This document shows positions 9,268 through 18,879 of a stretch of 61,268 nt of DNA, piece by piece; within the stretch, counting starts at the first letter, position 1; every line of letters begins with the position of its first letter. The translations under genes and the position numbers were made by a program. The notes under the pieces are model-generated. The model saw only the letters and a list, made by a program, of their open reading frames with translations. It was not told the DNA's origin and made no database searches. Origin of the DNA: Rickettsiales bacterium (lineage in GTDB: Bacteria; Pseudomonadota; Alphaproteobacteria; Rickettsiales; SXRF01); contig CANHDY010000002.1 in NCBI GenBank assembly GCA_947459535.1, positions 1 through 61,268 on the forward strand, in the 5' to 3' direction.

Positions 9268-9285
9268 ATTATGCTCCTTGAGGGG

Positions 9286-10488
9286 TTAGGGTTTGGAAAA
9301 ATCCTGCCTGCCGACTTTCACCAACGAGGGCTTGTTTCCGGTTTTTGCGAAACCATCTGGCTGGCCGATTGCCAGTGGCTGTTTCGCGCCAGCCCGAACG
9401 TTTGATTTGCCAGATGCTTTGATGAGGTTGCGTGCATTCGCCACGCCAAACACGGCGATCACGCCATCAAGCGATGCGCTTAAGAGAATATTGTTCTTAA
9501 GTGCCAGCCCGTTAGCTTGAGCAGATTTCAGTACGTTGCTTTGCAGCGCGGCATTAAGTGTTGCCAGCGCGACAATGTTCTTTTGCAAGGCTCCTTGCAG
9601 ATTGGCCGTGTGCAGCACGCCACGTTTTTCTAATAATCCATTGCTGGAGGCAGTGACGGATATATTTAGTCTCTGCACCAGCGCCGAAAGCCCTGCGTTA
9701 ATCAGCAGGGTTTTTTGCAATACACCATTAAGTGCCACTGCCTTGCTTCCCGCCTTGGAAAGCGCAGCATTGACTGCTGCGGTCTTGATAACTGCTGATT
9801 TTTGCAGCAAGGCATCGGCATTTGCCGTGCGTACGACACCAACCTTCGTAAGCAGCGTGTCGAGTGAGGCATTTGCTTGATTCAGTTTTTGCAGCAAAGC
9901 ATTGAGATTAACCGTGACTTGCGGGCTAATGCTGCCGCTTAGGAAAGCATTGATACTAGCCGTCAGTGTGATGCTTTTTTGTACAGAAGCATTAATCGTG
10001 AGTTTAAAGGCAAGGTTTCTTTTTTCTATTATTGCCTGTGCAGTAGTTTTGTTGCTGAGATTTTTTTGTAGAACTGAATTTGCCACCGCTGTTGTCGACA
10101 GTGTCTTCTGCAGAAGTGCATTCAGATCAGTTGCCGTTGTTATTGCCTTGGCAAGCACGGCATCGGCAGTTGTGTTCCTGCTCACATTTTGTTTCTGAGT
10201 CAATGCATTGGCAGAGGCCGTGCGCAACAGATTCTGTTTGAGTAATGCCGCGCCAAGGCTTGACGTAGATGTGAGCGTTTTGGAAAGCGTACCGCCCAGC
10301 GAGGTCGTAATCGCAATCCCTTGTTTCTGCAGAACTGCACTCGCCGCAGTGGCACGAAGAATATCCTGCCGTTGTACGATGGCATCAAGGCTTGTGGCAA
10401 CACTACCGCCACCAGCTTTTTCAATAGGCACTGCACCAATCTGTTGCTGCGCCCCATCAAACAGTATGTTTCGTGAGCCGAAGCGCAT
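9286..10488 (-). CDS. repeat-containing tail fibre-like protein
   Basis: About 20 consecutive degenerate 14-15-residue repeats of the type ALLQKxxxxxTAxxN. Confidence 0.55.
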   Translation of the reverse strand: MRFGSRNILFDGAQQQIGAVPIEKAGGGSVATSLDAIVQRQDILRATAASAVLQKQGIAITTSLGGTLSKTLTSTSSLGAALLKQNLLRTASANALTQKQNVSRNTTADAVLAKAITTATDLNALLQKTLSTTAVANSVLQKNLSNKTTAQAIIEKRNLAFKLTINASVQKSITLTASINAFLSGSISPQVTVNLNALLQKLNQANASLDTLLTKVGVVRTANADALLQKSAVIKTAAVNAALSKAGSKAVALNGVLQKTLLINAGLSALVQRLNISVTASSNGLLEKRGVLHTANLQGALQKNIVALATLNAALQSNVLKSAQANGLALKNNILLSASLDGVIAVFGVANARNLIKASGKSNVRAGAKQPLAIGQPDGFAKTGNKPSLVKVGRQDFSKP

Positions 10489-10489
10489 G

Positions 10490-11317
10490 TTATGCCTCCG
10501 CTAAGTGAAACGCTCCATGCACGATTCCGACAGAGCTGGTATTGGCCACGGCCAGAAGCTGTAAACAGGCAGCATCCTCGATGACAGGGCTTCCGCCGAA
10601 CCCACCGAGAAACGGATTCATGCAACGCTGCTGGATCGCGTGAATACCAATCGAAAGATTGGGCAGAAGCATCAGCGGCTTAAATAACGTGATGCCATAA
10701 TTGCCAGCCGTGGCGGTGGATGAAGAAGGCGTGACGGATTCCACCGAGCGAACGCCAATATCATCATCCTGCAACGGTATGGGTATGAACCGCCCGAGCG
10801 CATTATCGCTTGTTGCTCCGATCACCACGGGCTTGCTGGTGCGCCCAGCCACTCCCGCCTGATTCGTATAGGAAACCGTGGCAGTTTGCGCGAGCGTACC
10901 AAGTGCTGCGTAAATCTCTATGGCGGCCATGACACCCACGCCGTCCGTGTAGCGTGTGAGTGATGCCGTGGGCAGATTCGTGGTCTGGGTGGCAGTTGCT
11001 GTGCCTGACAAGCCGCCCTGATGACATAGACGGTCAATCAGCCACAGCGAACTGTTGGACGTGGTGAAACATCCTGCTTCAGCCTGAGCCAGATAATACG
11101 ATTTGGTGAGGCTGGTTAATTTCGGCTCGGAAAACAACGCCCCCACCGTATCCGCATTGCACGCTGCTGGCGTGGAAGGGATTGCGCCAGCATCAGGCGT
11201 GGTGAGCCACAGGCTGGTTAGTTTGGTGGAGGTGGCGGTTTGCGAATTCTTGGTGAAGAGATATTGCTTTCCCTTCTCAATCGCATCTTTCAATGCCTGA
11301 TAATCTGCCAGTGCCAT
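10490..11317 (-). CDS. tail fibre / receptor-binding candidate, paralogue A
   Basis: Shares DRLxHxGGLSGT, IEIYAxxG, SYTNQxGVxGRTxKPxxIGAT, LPLQDxDIGV and TAGNxG with the adjacent gene. Confidence 0.55.
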   Translation of the reverse strand: MALADYQALKDAIEKGKQYLFTKNSQTATSTKLTSLWLTTPDAGAIPSTPAACNADTVGALFSEPKLTSLTKSYYLAQAEAGCFTTSNSSLWLIDRLCHQGGLSGTATATQTTNLPTASLTRYTDGVGVMAAIEIYAALGTLAQTATVSYTNQAGVAGRTSKPVVIGATSDNALGRFIPIPLQDDDIGVRSVESVTPSSSTATAGNYGITLFKPLMLLPNLSIGIHAIQQRCMNPFLGGFGGSPVIEDAACLQLLAVANTSSVGIVHGAFHLAEA

Positions 11318-11319
11318 AA

Positions 11320-12159
11320 CTACCTCTCCGCAAAGCCAGCGGCGAACATGATTTGCGGTGCTGCCGTGCTGTTGGCCATGAATGCGAGCGCAAGGCAGGC
11401 ATTGGTGTCTATTTTGGGAAGCCCAGGTAATCCCGTCAGATAATCACGCCAGTAGCCTGTGCCTGCTCCAGGAATCAGGCCAAGCCCTATTGGTTTGGCG
11501 ATCACCACGCCGAAGTTTCCAGCCGTTCCTGTGCTTGCCGAAAGCGTGACAGAATCAACCGCCTGCACGCCAATATCGCCGTCCTGCAATGGGAGCATGA
11601 TGAGGCGTTGCGCTTCACGATAGCCCGTTGCACCTATCAATGCGGGTTTTGTCGTGCGGCCAGGTACGCCGTCCTGATTGGTATAGGATGCAGTTATTGT
11701 GCGGGAAGTTGCACCAATAAGGGCGTAAATCTCTATCCATATCTGATTGCCTATGCCGCCTGTGTTGCGGGTGAGCGTGCCGCCGACTGTTTGCGCCGTA
11801 GTAACAGTTCCCGAGAGTCCGCCGTTGTGCAGTAGCCTGTCATAAAGCAGTACCGCACCCGCTGCGCTGCATGTCATGCCATTGCCGAGCAACCACTTTT
11901 CGCGACCACCCGAGGGGTTGGCCTGCATCAAGCCGCCGCGTGTGGTGTTATCAGGAGCAATGGCGGAAGTAGGAACAACTCCCGATCCGCCCATACTGGA
12001 ATTATACTGCCAGAGCGATGACATGCGGCCTGCAACCGTGGCATTGGCTGCCGCGCTATCAATGCGGTTATCAATCCACACAAACAGATTCTCAGGGTTT
12101 CCTGAGTTTCCGCCCGTCATGCGATTGATGACTTCACTTAAATCTGCAAATGCGGTCAT
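11320..12159 (-). CDS. tail fibre / receptor-binding candidate, paralogue B
   Basis: Shares the same conserved blocks as 10490..11317. Confidence 0.55.
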   Translation of the reverse strand: MTAFADLSEVINRMTGGNSGNPENLFVWIDNRIDSAAANATVAGRMSSLWQYNSSMGGSGVVPTSAIAPDNTTRGGLMQANPSGGREKWLLGNGMTCSAAGAVLLYDRLLHNGGLSGTVTTAQTVGGTLTRNTGGIGNQIWIEIYALIGATSRTITASYTNQDGVPGRTTKPALIGATGYREAQRLIMLPLQDGDIGVQAVDSVTLSASTGTAGNFGVVIAKPIGLGLIPGAGTGYWRDYLTGLPGLPKIDTNACLALAFMANSTAAPQIMFAAGFAER

Positions 12160-12168
12160 GAAAAGCTC

Positions 12169-12882
12169 CTACCAAGTCCACGGGCCGCGTGGTTTGAGGT
12201 ACTGCATCGTGGTACGGATCACACCGCCCGTGAAATTGCCGCCATTGGCGGTTAAGCGGATCGGCGTGTTGGCGTAATAAGCCGTTGGCCCGATGATACC
12301 GATATTGGTGGAATCAAGTGCCGTGCCGATCAGATTGCCGAATTTCGTGGTGTCGCCTGCCACGCCGACTCCAAACGATGTCGCACCCGTGATCGCCGTC
12401 ATGACGCGCACATTGACGGTCAGCACAATTGAGCGGTCGGGGATAAAGATGGTGCTATCGACAAATGCACCCGAGCTTACCGTGACATCCTCAGTTTTAT
12501 GTTCGACACGCAGATACTCGCCGGTTTCTTTAAGTAGCAAGCTGTCCGGCACCCATGCCGCACCGTCATACACATAGTATTCGTCGGCGGTTTCATTCCA
12601 AAGCCGCAGCCGTTTGAAGGGCACAACGAAATACCAGCCGCCTCCGTCCACCGCCTGGGCGATCTGGTTTGCCTTGCCAGCCCATGCGCCGGTCGGCGAC
12701 GATCCCACCACCCAGCATTGCCCAACCGTGGGGCTTCCAGGAGGCGCATTCAGCCCCACATCCTGCGCCACGGCCTGAAGCAACACATCGAGCAGGTTCA
12801 GTGCTTCGTTATGGGTGACTTCTTTCTGCGACTGCGATTGCAGAATATAGGGCAGCAGCAATCGTCCGGTGGTATTGGCCAT
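12169..12882 (-). CDS. DUF2793 tail fibre protein
   Basis: N-terminal RLLLPYILQSQSQKEVTHNEALNLLD motif typical of DUF2793. It follows the g15-like gene. Confidence 0.6.
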   Translation of the reverse strand: MANTTGRLLLPYILQSQSQKEVTHNEALNLLDVLLQAVAQDVGLNAPPGSPTVGQCWVVGSSPTGAWAGKANQIAQAVDGGGWYFVVPFKRLRLWNETADEYYVYDGAAWVPDSLLLKETGEYLRVEHKTEDVTVSSGAFVDSTIFIPDRSIVLTVNVRVMTAITGATSFGVGVAGDTTKFGNLIGTALDSTNIGIIGPTAYYANTPIRLTANGGNFTGGVIRTTMQYLKPRGPWTW

Positions 12883-12912
12883 CGGCTTCTCCTTGGTTAA
12901 TGCTGTTAATAA

Positions 12913-15900
12913 TTAAACGGTGGTGATTCCTGCATTCCCACGTCCGACCAGCGTTGACATCTGGTACACATTCACCAGCACGCTGCTTTGCGCCGAACCG
13001 AAATCCACCACTTGCTGCGCGGAGGTATAAACCGCCGTTGGGCTGGTAAGGCCGGTTAGGGTACGCTTCAACGTCACGCCCTGCATGATATCCACCTCGT
13101 AGCGTTCCGATTCCTCAGATAGAGGCACATCAACTCCGTCCTTCCAGTCGCCGTTCAGTCGTGTGCGGCGTATCCAGTTGATGGTGAGATCGCCACCACC
13201 ATTGCGGCTGCCAGTGATATGTGCGGGAGCGTAAGGCTTTAGTGCGCGTGCGGCGTAGGTGAAATCCTGCGCAGTCGTAGCACCGAGCGTCGAGCCTACC
13301 GTCACGGGTTTATATTTCTTGGCTATGCCCCAACCCGATGAAGCCATAAGTTCCCGCGCCACTGCATTGGTGAGCAGGATAAAGCGTTCGCCTGCAACAT
13401 GGCCACCCACAGCCCATTCCGTGCCAAGCCGCCCGCGCAGCAACCGTGAAAGACGGTATTTATTGGTGTCGAGCAATGAAGCTGTCCCAAATTGAATCAC
13501 CTCATCACCGATCACACAGGCATTCGCACCGTTCAGCACGGCGATATCAGTAATGCTTTGCAGCTCGCCGAAGGTCAGCAGCACATCGATGGTGGTGAAA
13601 TCATCCCATGTGTAAATGTTACCAGCTGGGATGATGTTCAATACCGCGCCGAGTGTAGCCTGAGCAGTAAGCGTCTGCATTAGCGCATAGTTGGCGCCGC
13701 CGTCATCCGAGCGGTACACCGCCGAGCCTGTCCAGCCCTCGCCAAGACCCACCACGCCGTATCGCATGTAGGCATCGGTAATGCCATCGGTCGGGAATGC
13801 AGGAAGGTCAAACGCTTCCAGCCGTGTCGCCGATATGGTGGCCGGAGGCTCAATGCTGGGAGGCGTGGAACCCGCCGGATTATAAAAATCATAGCTACTG
13901 ACATCTTCTGCGACAGCGGTTGCCTCCTGCACGCCGCTTCTGACCAGCTTGGTGGAGGTCAAACGCATCAGGTAGGCAGCGCCGTCCTTCATAATGGTGA
14001 TGACGTCACTCGGCTCAACCAGCGCATATTTCGGCGGCAGGGTAAACTGGAACTGCACGCGCCCCACCCATGCATTATAGAGCGATACATCCGCAACCAC
14101 CTTTGCTTCCTGATCGGTGAGTACAATGGGCAGATTCACCGTGGCATAATCCACTGCCTTGACGGTCTGGCGCTGCGAAGACTGTGTTCCCGCCTGATAA
14201 TCTGCCGTGCGATTCAGGTAGATGACATCGACCTGGCGAGGTAGCTCCAATTCCTGCGTGCGGGTGATGGTAAGTGTTTCATCATTTCCGTCTCCGCGCG
14301 GCACAAGCTCGCTAAAATCCAGCGTGACATTCGACACTTTGCCGCGTTTCACGAACTTCAGCAGCCCGTCCGATTCCACCATGTCAAAGAAATATGCCGC
14401 CGCCAGCTGCTCCAGGCTGGCGCGCACGGTCTGGCGGTTGGTGATAACAAAGCCATTTACGATATCGGTAAGACGTGTGATATCGTACATATTGCTGTCA
14501 TAGCCAACCTTCTTCAGGAGATCGGCGACGATCTGGCCGAGGTTGGAAAGCCCCAGCTTGCCCTGCACCCAGTGGCCTGTTTTCCAGTTGCCACCATCTG
14601 ACCATACGGAGAGCAGATCGGGGAAGAACGGAAACGGTCTTGCATCCCATGTCCAGACAAAACGGCGGGCGAAGAGATTCGGCTCCAGCGTGTTCTCGGC
14701 GGTGAGATAATCCATGCTGGCATCAAGCGCCGTGCGCTGTGCCAGAAAATCCACTCTGCCTCTGCTGCCACGCGGGTAAAAACTCTCCACCGAATCGGGA
14801 TCGACAAACACGTTTGGTTGATTGGCACAGCCATCCACGGAGGGAAACCCAATCTCAGAGAACCATACGGGCTTCATTTTGGCCGTCCACGCCGTGCCAC
14901 TTGCATCGGGATTGGTATGCGTGCTATCCCACCAGTGCTTTACATTTTTCCACGCATAGGTTGGGCCGGAATAAAAAGTCTGGGTCGTGCGCGTGCTATC
15001 CCAAAAGTAATCCCATCCTTCGTCCTGCGTCCAGCCATCGTAAACCGCCTGATAATCAATCTGAGTTTGTGGCAGATCGGGAGTGAGTGGAAAATAACAA
15101 TCAATTGCCACCACGTCGATATTGGCATCCGACCACAGTGGGTCGAGATTGTACCAACCATTTACCGAATGGTATTCGCTCCAATCGCCGCCATAGGCAA
15201 CTTTTACACCACTGCCCACGGAGGTTTTGACACTGGCCGCGAGGCTTTTAAGCTGTGTAACGGCGGGGAACACACCAGCTGCGCTCATATATTGCGTGAG
15301 ACCAACCAGCTCGGAGCCAATCATGAACCCGTCGATATTGTTTTTCAGCAATACACCATCGACATTGAGATTGGCGTAGTGATTGATGAAGGCGTTATAG
15401 CCATTCGTGCTGGTGAAGAAGTTGGTGACATCCGTCACACTGGCGGGCGTGATGCGCCCGCGCCACGGCTTGGCTTGCGGCGTGATCGTATCCACCTGCA
15501 GCATCGGGTAAAATAGAACATTATAGCCACGCGCCTTCAACTCCTGACACAGGCGGATGATGCTTTTATCGGTGGGTGTACCGCCATAAGTGGGGGAGCC
15601 ATCGGGGAAATGCAGTATCTGGTGCGCCGTGGCACGGGTGAAGCCACCCACCGCCCATTCGTCGGGCGTAACGCGCGCGCCTTGGCCATCAAACTCAGCG
15701 GCGGGCTTGATCACCATCGTTGCAGGATCAAGCGTATCGCCGAACCAGTTGACTACCACCGACACCCATTCGACATTGGGCAGATTGGCTTCAAGATTAT
15801 CCAATGCCACCAGCGTATCGGCCTTAGCCGAGAGATTATTCTGGTTAATCTTTTCAACCTTGCCGCCCTGTACGAAGTTGCCTGCGACATCCTGCTGGCC

Positions 15901-16635
15901 GGACTGCTTTTCCTGCACCACCGTATCGTAGACATATTCGCCCGCACCGGGGATGATGGTGATGTCCTTGATTTTGTCTTCAAGGTCGAAGGCCTTTTTC
16001 AATGTACGTCGCACCTCAAACGTGAAGTTGGGGATGCGGTTGCCATAATCGCCAAGCGGAAAGTCCTTGATGACCACATACGCCATGCCACGATAACCAG
16101 GCGTTTGGCCAGCGGGCAGGAAAGTAGAAATATAGGTGTCGGGCAGTTGCGTTTCGTCGCCGAGATAAAGAGTGTATGACCCTTGCGTCAAATCCAGCTG
16201 CTTCGCGTCCGCCCAGACGCGCACCACCTCACTGATCGGCCCTTCACAAATCGCCACCGCAATACTGGCCGTATAGGTGTAGGTCGTGGTGGTGGTTTCC
16301 ACACTACCGCCACCACCACCGCCTTTGCCGCCACCGGAGCTTTGTGTGGTGGTGGTAATATGTTCCTGAATCGGTCGTGACCAGATGATGTTGCCGGCGA
16401 TGCGTGCGTTGCCATACACTAGCGGAATCGCCTTGCCATAGCTGGAGGCTTGCACCATCAGATCGGTGAGACGCGCACCTTCCTGATTAATCCGCGCCTT
16501 GCTGCCAAAGATGGAACGGTCAATGAATCCGCCGAGATATCCACCCACGCCGCCAGCAAGAGAAGCAAAGAACGTCCCCGCGCCAAGTGCTGCAGCACCC
16601 TGACTTGCTGCCGCTGCTAAAACTATGGCTGCCAT
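12913..16635 (-). CDS. baseplate/host-specificity multidomain protein (RcGTA g15 analogue, with a TIM-barrel-like glycoside-hydrolase domain)
   Basis: 1240 aa, with an N-terminal Gly-rich TM-like segment. Order g12-g13-g14-g15 matches GTA-type tails. Confidence 0.8.
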   Translation of the reverse strand: MAAIVLAAAASQGAAALGAGTFFASLAGGVGGYLGGFIDRSIFGSKARINQEGARLTDLMVQASSYGKAIPLVYGNARIAGNIIWSRPIQEHITTTTQSSGGGKGGGGGGSVETTTTTYTYTASIAVAICEGPISEVVRVWADAKQLDLTQGSYTLYLGDETQLPDTYISTFLPAGQTPGYRGMAYVVIKDFPLGDYGNRIPNFTFEVRRTLKKAFDLEDKIKDITIIPGAGEYVYDTVVQEKQSGQQDVAGNFVQGGKVEKINQNNLSAKADTLVALDNLEANLPNVEWVSVVVNWFGDTLDPATMVIKPAAEFDGQGARVTPDEWAVGGFTRATAHQILHFPDGSPTYGGTPTDKSIIRLCQELKARGYNVLFYPMLQVDTITPQAKPWRGRITPASVTDVTNFFTSTNGYNAFINHYANLNVDGVLLKNNIDGFMIGSELVGLTQYMSAAGVFPAVTQLKSLAASVKTSVGSGVKVAYGGDWSEYHSVNGWYNLDPLWSDANIDVVAIDCYFPLTPDLPQTQIDYQAVYDGWTQDEGWDYFWDSTRTTQTFYSGPTYAWKNVKHWWDSTHTNPDASGTAWTAKMKPVWFSEIGFPSVDGCANQPNVFVDPDSVESFYPRGSRGRVDFLAQRTALDASMDYLTAENTLEPNLFARRFVWTWDARPFPFFPDLLSVWSDGGNWKTGHWVQGKLGLSNLGQIVADLLKKVGYDSNMYDITRLTDIVNGFVITNRQTVRASLEQLAAAYFFDMVESDGLLKFVKRGKVSNVTLDFSELVPRGDGNDETLTITRTQELELPRQVDVIYLNRTADYQAGTQSSQRQTVKAVDYATVNLPIVLTDQEAKVVADVSLYNAWVGRVQFQFTLPPKYALVEPSDVITIMKDGAAYLMRLTSTKLVRSGVQEATAVAEDVSSYDFYNPAGSTPPSIEPPATISATRLEAFDLPAFPTDGITDAYMRYGVVGLGEGWTGSAVYRSDDGGANYALMQTLTAQATLGAVLNIIPAGNIYTWDDFTTIDVLLTFGELQSITDIAVLNGANACVIGDEVIQFGTASLLDTNKYRLSRLLRGRLGTEWAVGGHVAGERFILLTNAVARELMASSGWGIAKKYKPVTVGSTLGATTAQDFTYAARALKPYAPAHITGSRNGGGDLTINWIRRTRLNGDWKDGVDVPLSEESERYEVDIMQGVTLKRTLTGLTSPTAVYTSAQQVVDFGSAQSSVLVNVYQMSTLVGRGNAGITTV

Positions 16636-17069
16636 CGGTACACCTTCACCAATCGTGATTTCCAGTCATCATCCAGCCGGTGTTCCACCACACGGCGCGA
16701 CGGCGCAAAACTATGAATCATTCCAAGTCCGCCCTCATAATCAGTAAGGATGGCCAAGTGCTGCGGATTCTCTCGAACCTTGAACAAGGCAAGATCGCCT
16801 GTGCGCGCATCCGTTATTGGCACCTCGGCGAGCAATCCGGTCAGTTTTTCCGTAAGGTATTTGCCGTCTGGCTCTTTGGAATAAGTGATCTCGTCATAAC
16901 CGGCGAGTGGGCGACCATATGCATCTTTCAATCCCATCTCATCTACCACCCCGACGATGAGACCGAGGCAGTCGCAGCCTTTACCTTTCAGCCGCGCCTG
17001 ATGGTGAAACGGTGTGCCAAGCCAAGTGCGGGCTTGACGCACAAGAACATGAACATCTATGTTATTCAT
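16623..17069 (-). CDS. NlpC/P60 cell-wall peptidase (g14 analogue)
   Basis: WLGTPFHHQARLKGKGCDCLGLIVGV catalytic Cys context, with a downstream His. Confidence 0.8.
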   Translation of the reverse strand: MNNIDVHVLVRQARTWLGTPFHHQARLKGKGCDCLGLIVGVVDEMGLKDAYGRPLAGYDEITYSKEPDGKYLTEKLTGLLAEVPITDARTGDLALFKVRENPQHLAILTDYEGGLGMIHSFAPSRRVVEHRLDDDWKSRLVKVYRWQP

Positions 17070-17423
17070 ATGATTTACTTTTTTGTAAAAACACTGATAA
17101 CGGCACTGATTGTTGCCGCAATTTCGGAGCTGGCGCGGCGATATAGTATGTTCGCTGCAGCGCTGGCTTCCTTACCCCTGACATCAATTCTGGCGTTCGT
17201 ATGGATATATCAAGAAGGCAAGGATAATAGGCAGATTATTGAGCTTTCTTATTCAATATTCTGGCTGGTTATTCCTTCTCTGGCCTTCTTTTTGCTGTTA
17301 CCGGTCTTGATGAAGTTCGGGTTCAGATTTTATCCTGCATTGGCTTTAAGTTGCCTTGGCATGGCGTTAATTTATAGCGCATATATTGTCGTGATGCGCT
17401 GGTTTGGCATTCAAATTTCTTAG
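17070..17423 (+). CDS. DUF3147-like four-TM membrane protein (antisense moron inside the tail operon)
   Basis: MIYFFVKTLITALIVAAISELARR...SLPLTSILAFVWIY...IFWLVIPSLAFFLLLPVL. The ATG at 17070 abuts the g14 ATG (CATATG). Its stop overlaps the g13 stop. Confidence 0.6.
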   Translation: MIYFFVKTLITALIVAAISELARRYSMFAAALASLPLTSILAFVWIYQEGKDNRQIIELSYSIFWLVIPSLAFFLLLPVLMKFGFRFYPALALSCLGMALIYSAYIVVMRWFGIQIS

Positions 17424-18313
17424 GCCTGTTCCAAATCATTCGCCGTGGCGGCGGTAGCGAGCATTTTGTCAGTACCAGGTACATGGGGCTCACCGCGAAA
17501 ATTGACGGCATTGGTAAATTTAGTGAAGCAGGTGTTGAAGGTTTTGCCGCATCCCGCAATGGCGTTGAAGGTATCGCCGGTGGCAATGTTGTTCGGCATA
17601 GGCAGCACCAGCGTGACCTGCTTGTTGGAAAATTCCTTAATCTCCATGCGCCGCCCGGCATTTGCGCCAGTGAGCCACATCACTTCGCCGCCTGAGAAAT
17701 AGCCTGCCGCCTGCGTGAGCGCGTTGCTGATAAAGACCTGACGGCTGGTCACGGTATCAACCGTTCCTGCAAAAGTGAAGCTGGCCAGATTCACCTTGCA
17801 GCGTGTGTCGCCCAGCACGGCGCGGCAGGTGGGTGAATACAGTTCCACTATATTCTGGCTAAGTTTTTGCGCCAAGCCGCGCACCTCGGCAATAAACTGC
17901 CCGTTCTTAAGGCTCACCTCACCAAGCCAGCCACGGCGGTGCAGAATAATTCCTTGCGAGAGATCGGCCACATTGACCATAAAAATCTCGATCTCGGCGA
18001 AGTCATATTTTCCAGCCATAATGTCGACTTCGGTGATTGAGGTGGCATCAAGGATTCCGGCGATATCAAGATTGTCTACCGCGAATTTATCCTTCGTCTC
18101 AATGCTGGTGGGCGAAAACCCAGTTGCTGCCTTGTAAAGCTGGCTGCTTACGGTGAGATCGGAAGTGTGATCGGTAAATCCCATCACCGTGCTGTCCACG
18201 AGCGTCAGCTTCCAGCATACCGCCAGCGTCGTGACTTCGGAGGCGATATGCGCGGTTAGATTGGCGGATGCGGTTCTCACAGGCGTGTCTCCACGATGGG
18301 GATTGAATCCCAC
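17420..18313 (-). CDS. DUF2163 tail protein (g13 analogue)
   Basis: LTAHIASEVTTLAVCWKLTLVDSTVMGFTDH N-terminal signature. GTG start. Confidence 0.75.
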   Translation of the reverse strand: MGFNPHRGDTPVRTASANLTAHIASEVTTLAVCWKLTLVDSTVMGFTDHTSDLTVSSQLYKAATGFSPTSIETKDKFAVDNLDIAGILDATSITEVDIMAGKYDFAEIEIFMVNVADLSQGIILHRRGWLGEVSLKNGQFIAEVRGLAQKLSQNIVELYSPTCRAVLGDTRCKVNLASFTFAGTVDTVTSRQVFISNALTQAAGYFSGGEVMWLTGANAGRRMEIKEFSNKQVTLVLPMPNNIATGDTFNAIAGCGKTFNTCFTKFTNAVNFRGEPHVPGTDKMLATAATANDLEQA

Positions 18314-18879
18314 AGATATTGGGCTGGCCCGTCAATGCGGACGGCAAGAGCGTCCGTGTCAAATCGCACCGGCACATCAAAATCATAATCAGCACTTACT
18401 GCAATGCCCACACCAGGTGCGACCGTAAAAGTCACGATACCGGTGGTATGATCGACGGTGAAGCCAGAACTTTGCAAAACGCTGTTCAGGTAGATTGTTA
18501 CCGTGCCGCTCACGAGTTTTTTGATGTCGCGGATATAGCTATTGCTGCCACTGGTGTAAGTTTTTGTCAGTTGAAATGCGGTCTGGCTGCCATTACCCGT
18601 ACCGATATTTTGTCCCACCGCCTGAAAATCGCTCCAGTCTTTAAAGCGGAAACCATAGGCTTTTCCGAAACGCGCACGGAAGAAGGCGATCACCGCATCC
18701 ATATCGCCTTTGTTTTTAATGCCGGTGGAGACATCCCAGCGCCCAAGACTTTTCAGCCAGTTGATGTTTCGCTGTTCAAACCCGCCTTGGGTCGTGGTGA
18801 TGCTGGTATTAAACATCGGCCCGCCGGTGGCGCCGTAAGCAATCTTCGGCGGAAACTGCACTTCATGAAACGCTGCCAT
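18277..18879 (-). CDS. DUF2460 distal tail protein (g12 analogue)
   Basis: FHEVQFPPKIAYGATGGPMFNTSITTTQGGFEQRN signature. Confidence 0.75.
   Translation of the reverse strand: MAAFHEVQFPPKIAYGATGGPMFNTSITTTQGGFEQRNINWLKSLGRWDVSTGIKNKGDMDAVIAFFRARFGKAYGFRFKDWSDFQAVGQNIGTGNGSQTAFQLTKTYTSGSNSYIRDIKKLVSGTVTIYLNSVLQSSGFTVDHTTGIVTFTVAPGVGIAVSADYDFDVPVRFDTDALAVRIDGPAQYLWDSIPIVETRL

Noticed and set aside
9286-10488. Periodic DNA repeats in the fibre gene considered as a CRISPR array or a DGR variable/template repeat
   Set aside because: The repeats are in frame, degenerate and contiguous without unique spacers. No cas genes or reverse transcriptase are present, and no second near-identical template copy is visible in the window.
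14818-15516. 232-aa plus-strand ORF (with neighbours 14739..15086, 15610..16179, 15590..15931) inside the megaprotein gene
   Set aside because: They are antisense to a 1240-aa gene with clear phage homology. Their composition is Arg/His/Pro/Gly-rich shadow-frame in character, with no start context. They are treated as shadow ORFs.
16680-17069. First 130 codons of track ORF 16680..17423
   Set aside because: This part is antisense to the NlpC/P60 peptidase gene. Only the part from the ATG at 17070 encodes a coherent four-TM protein.
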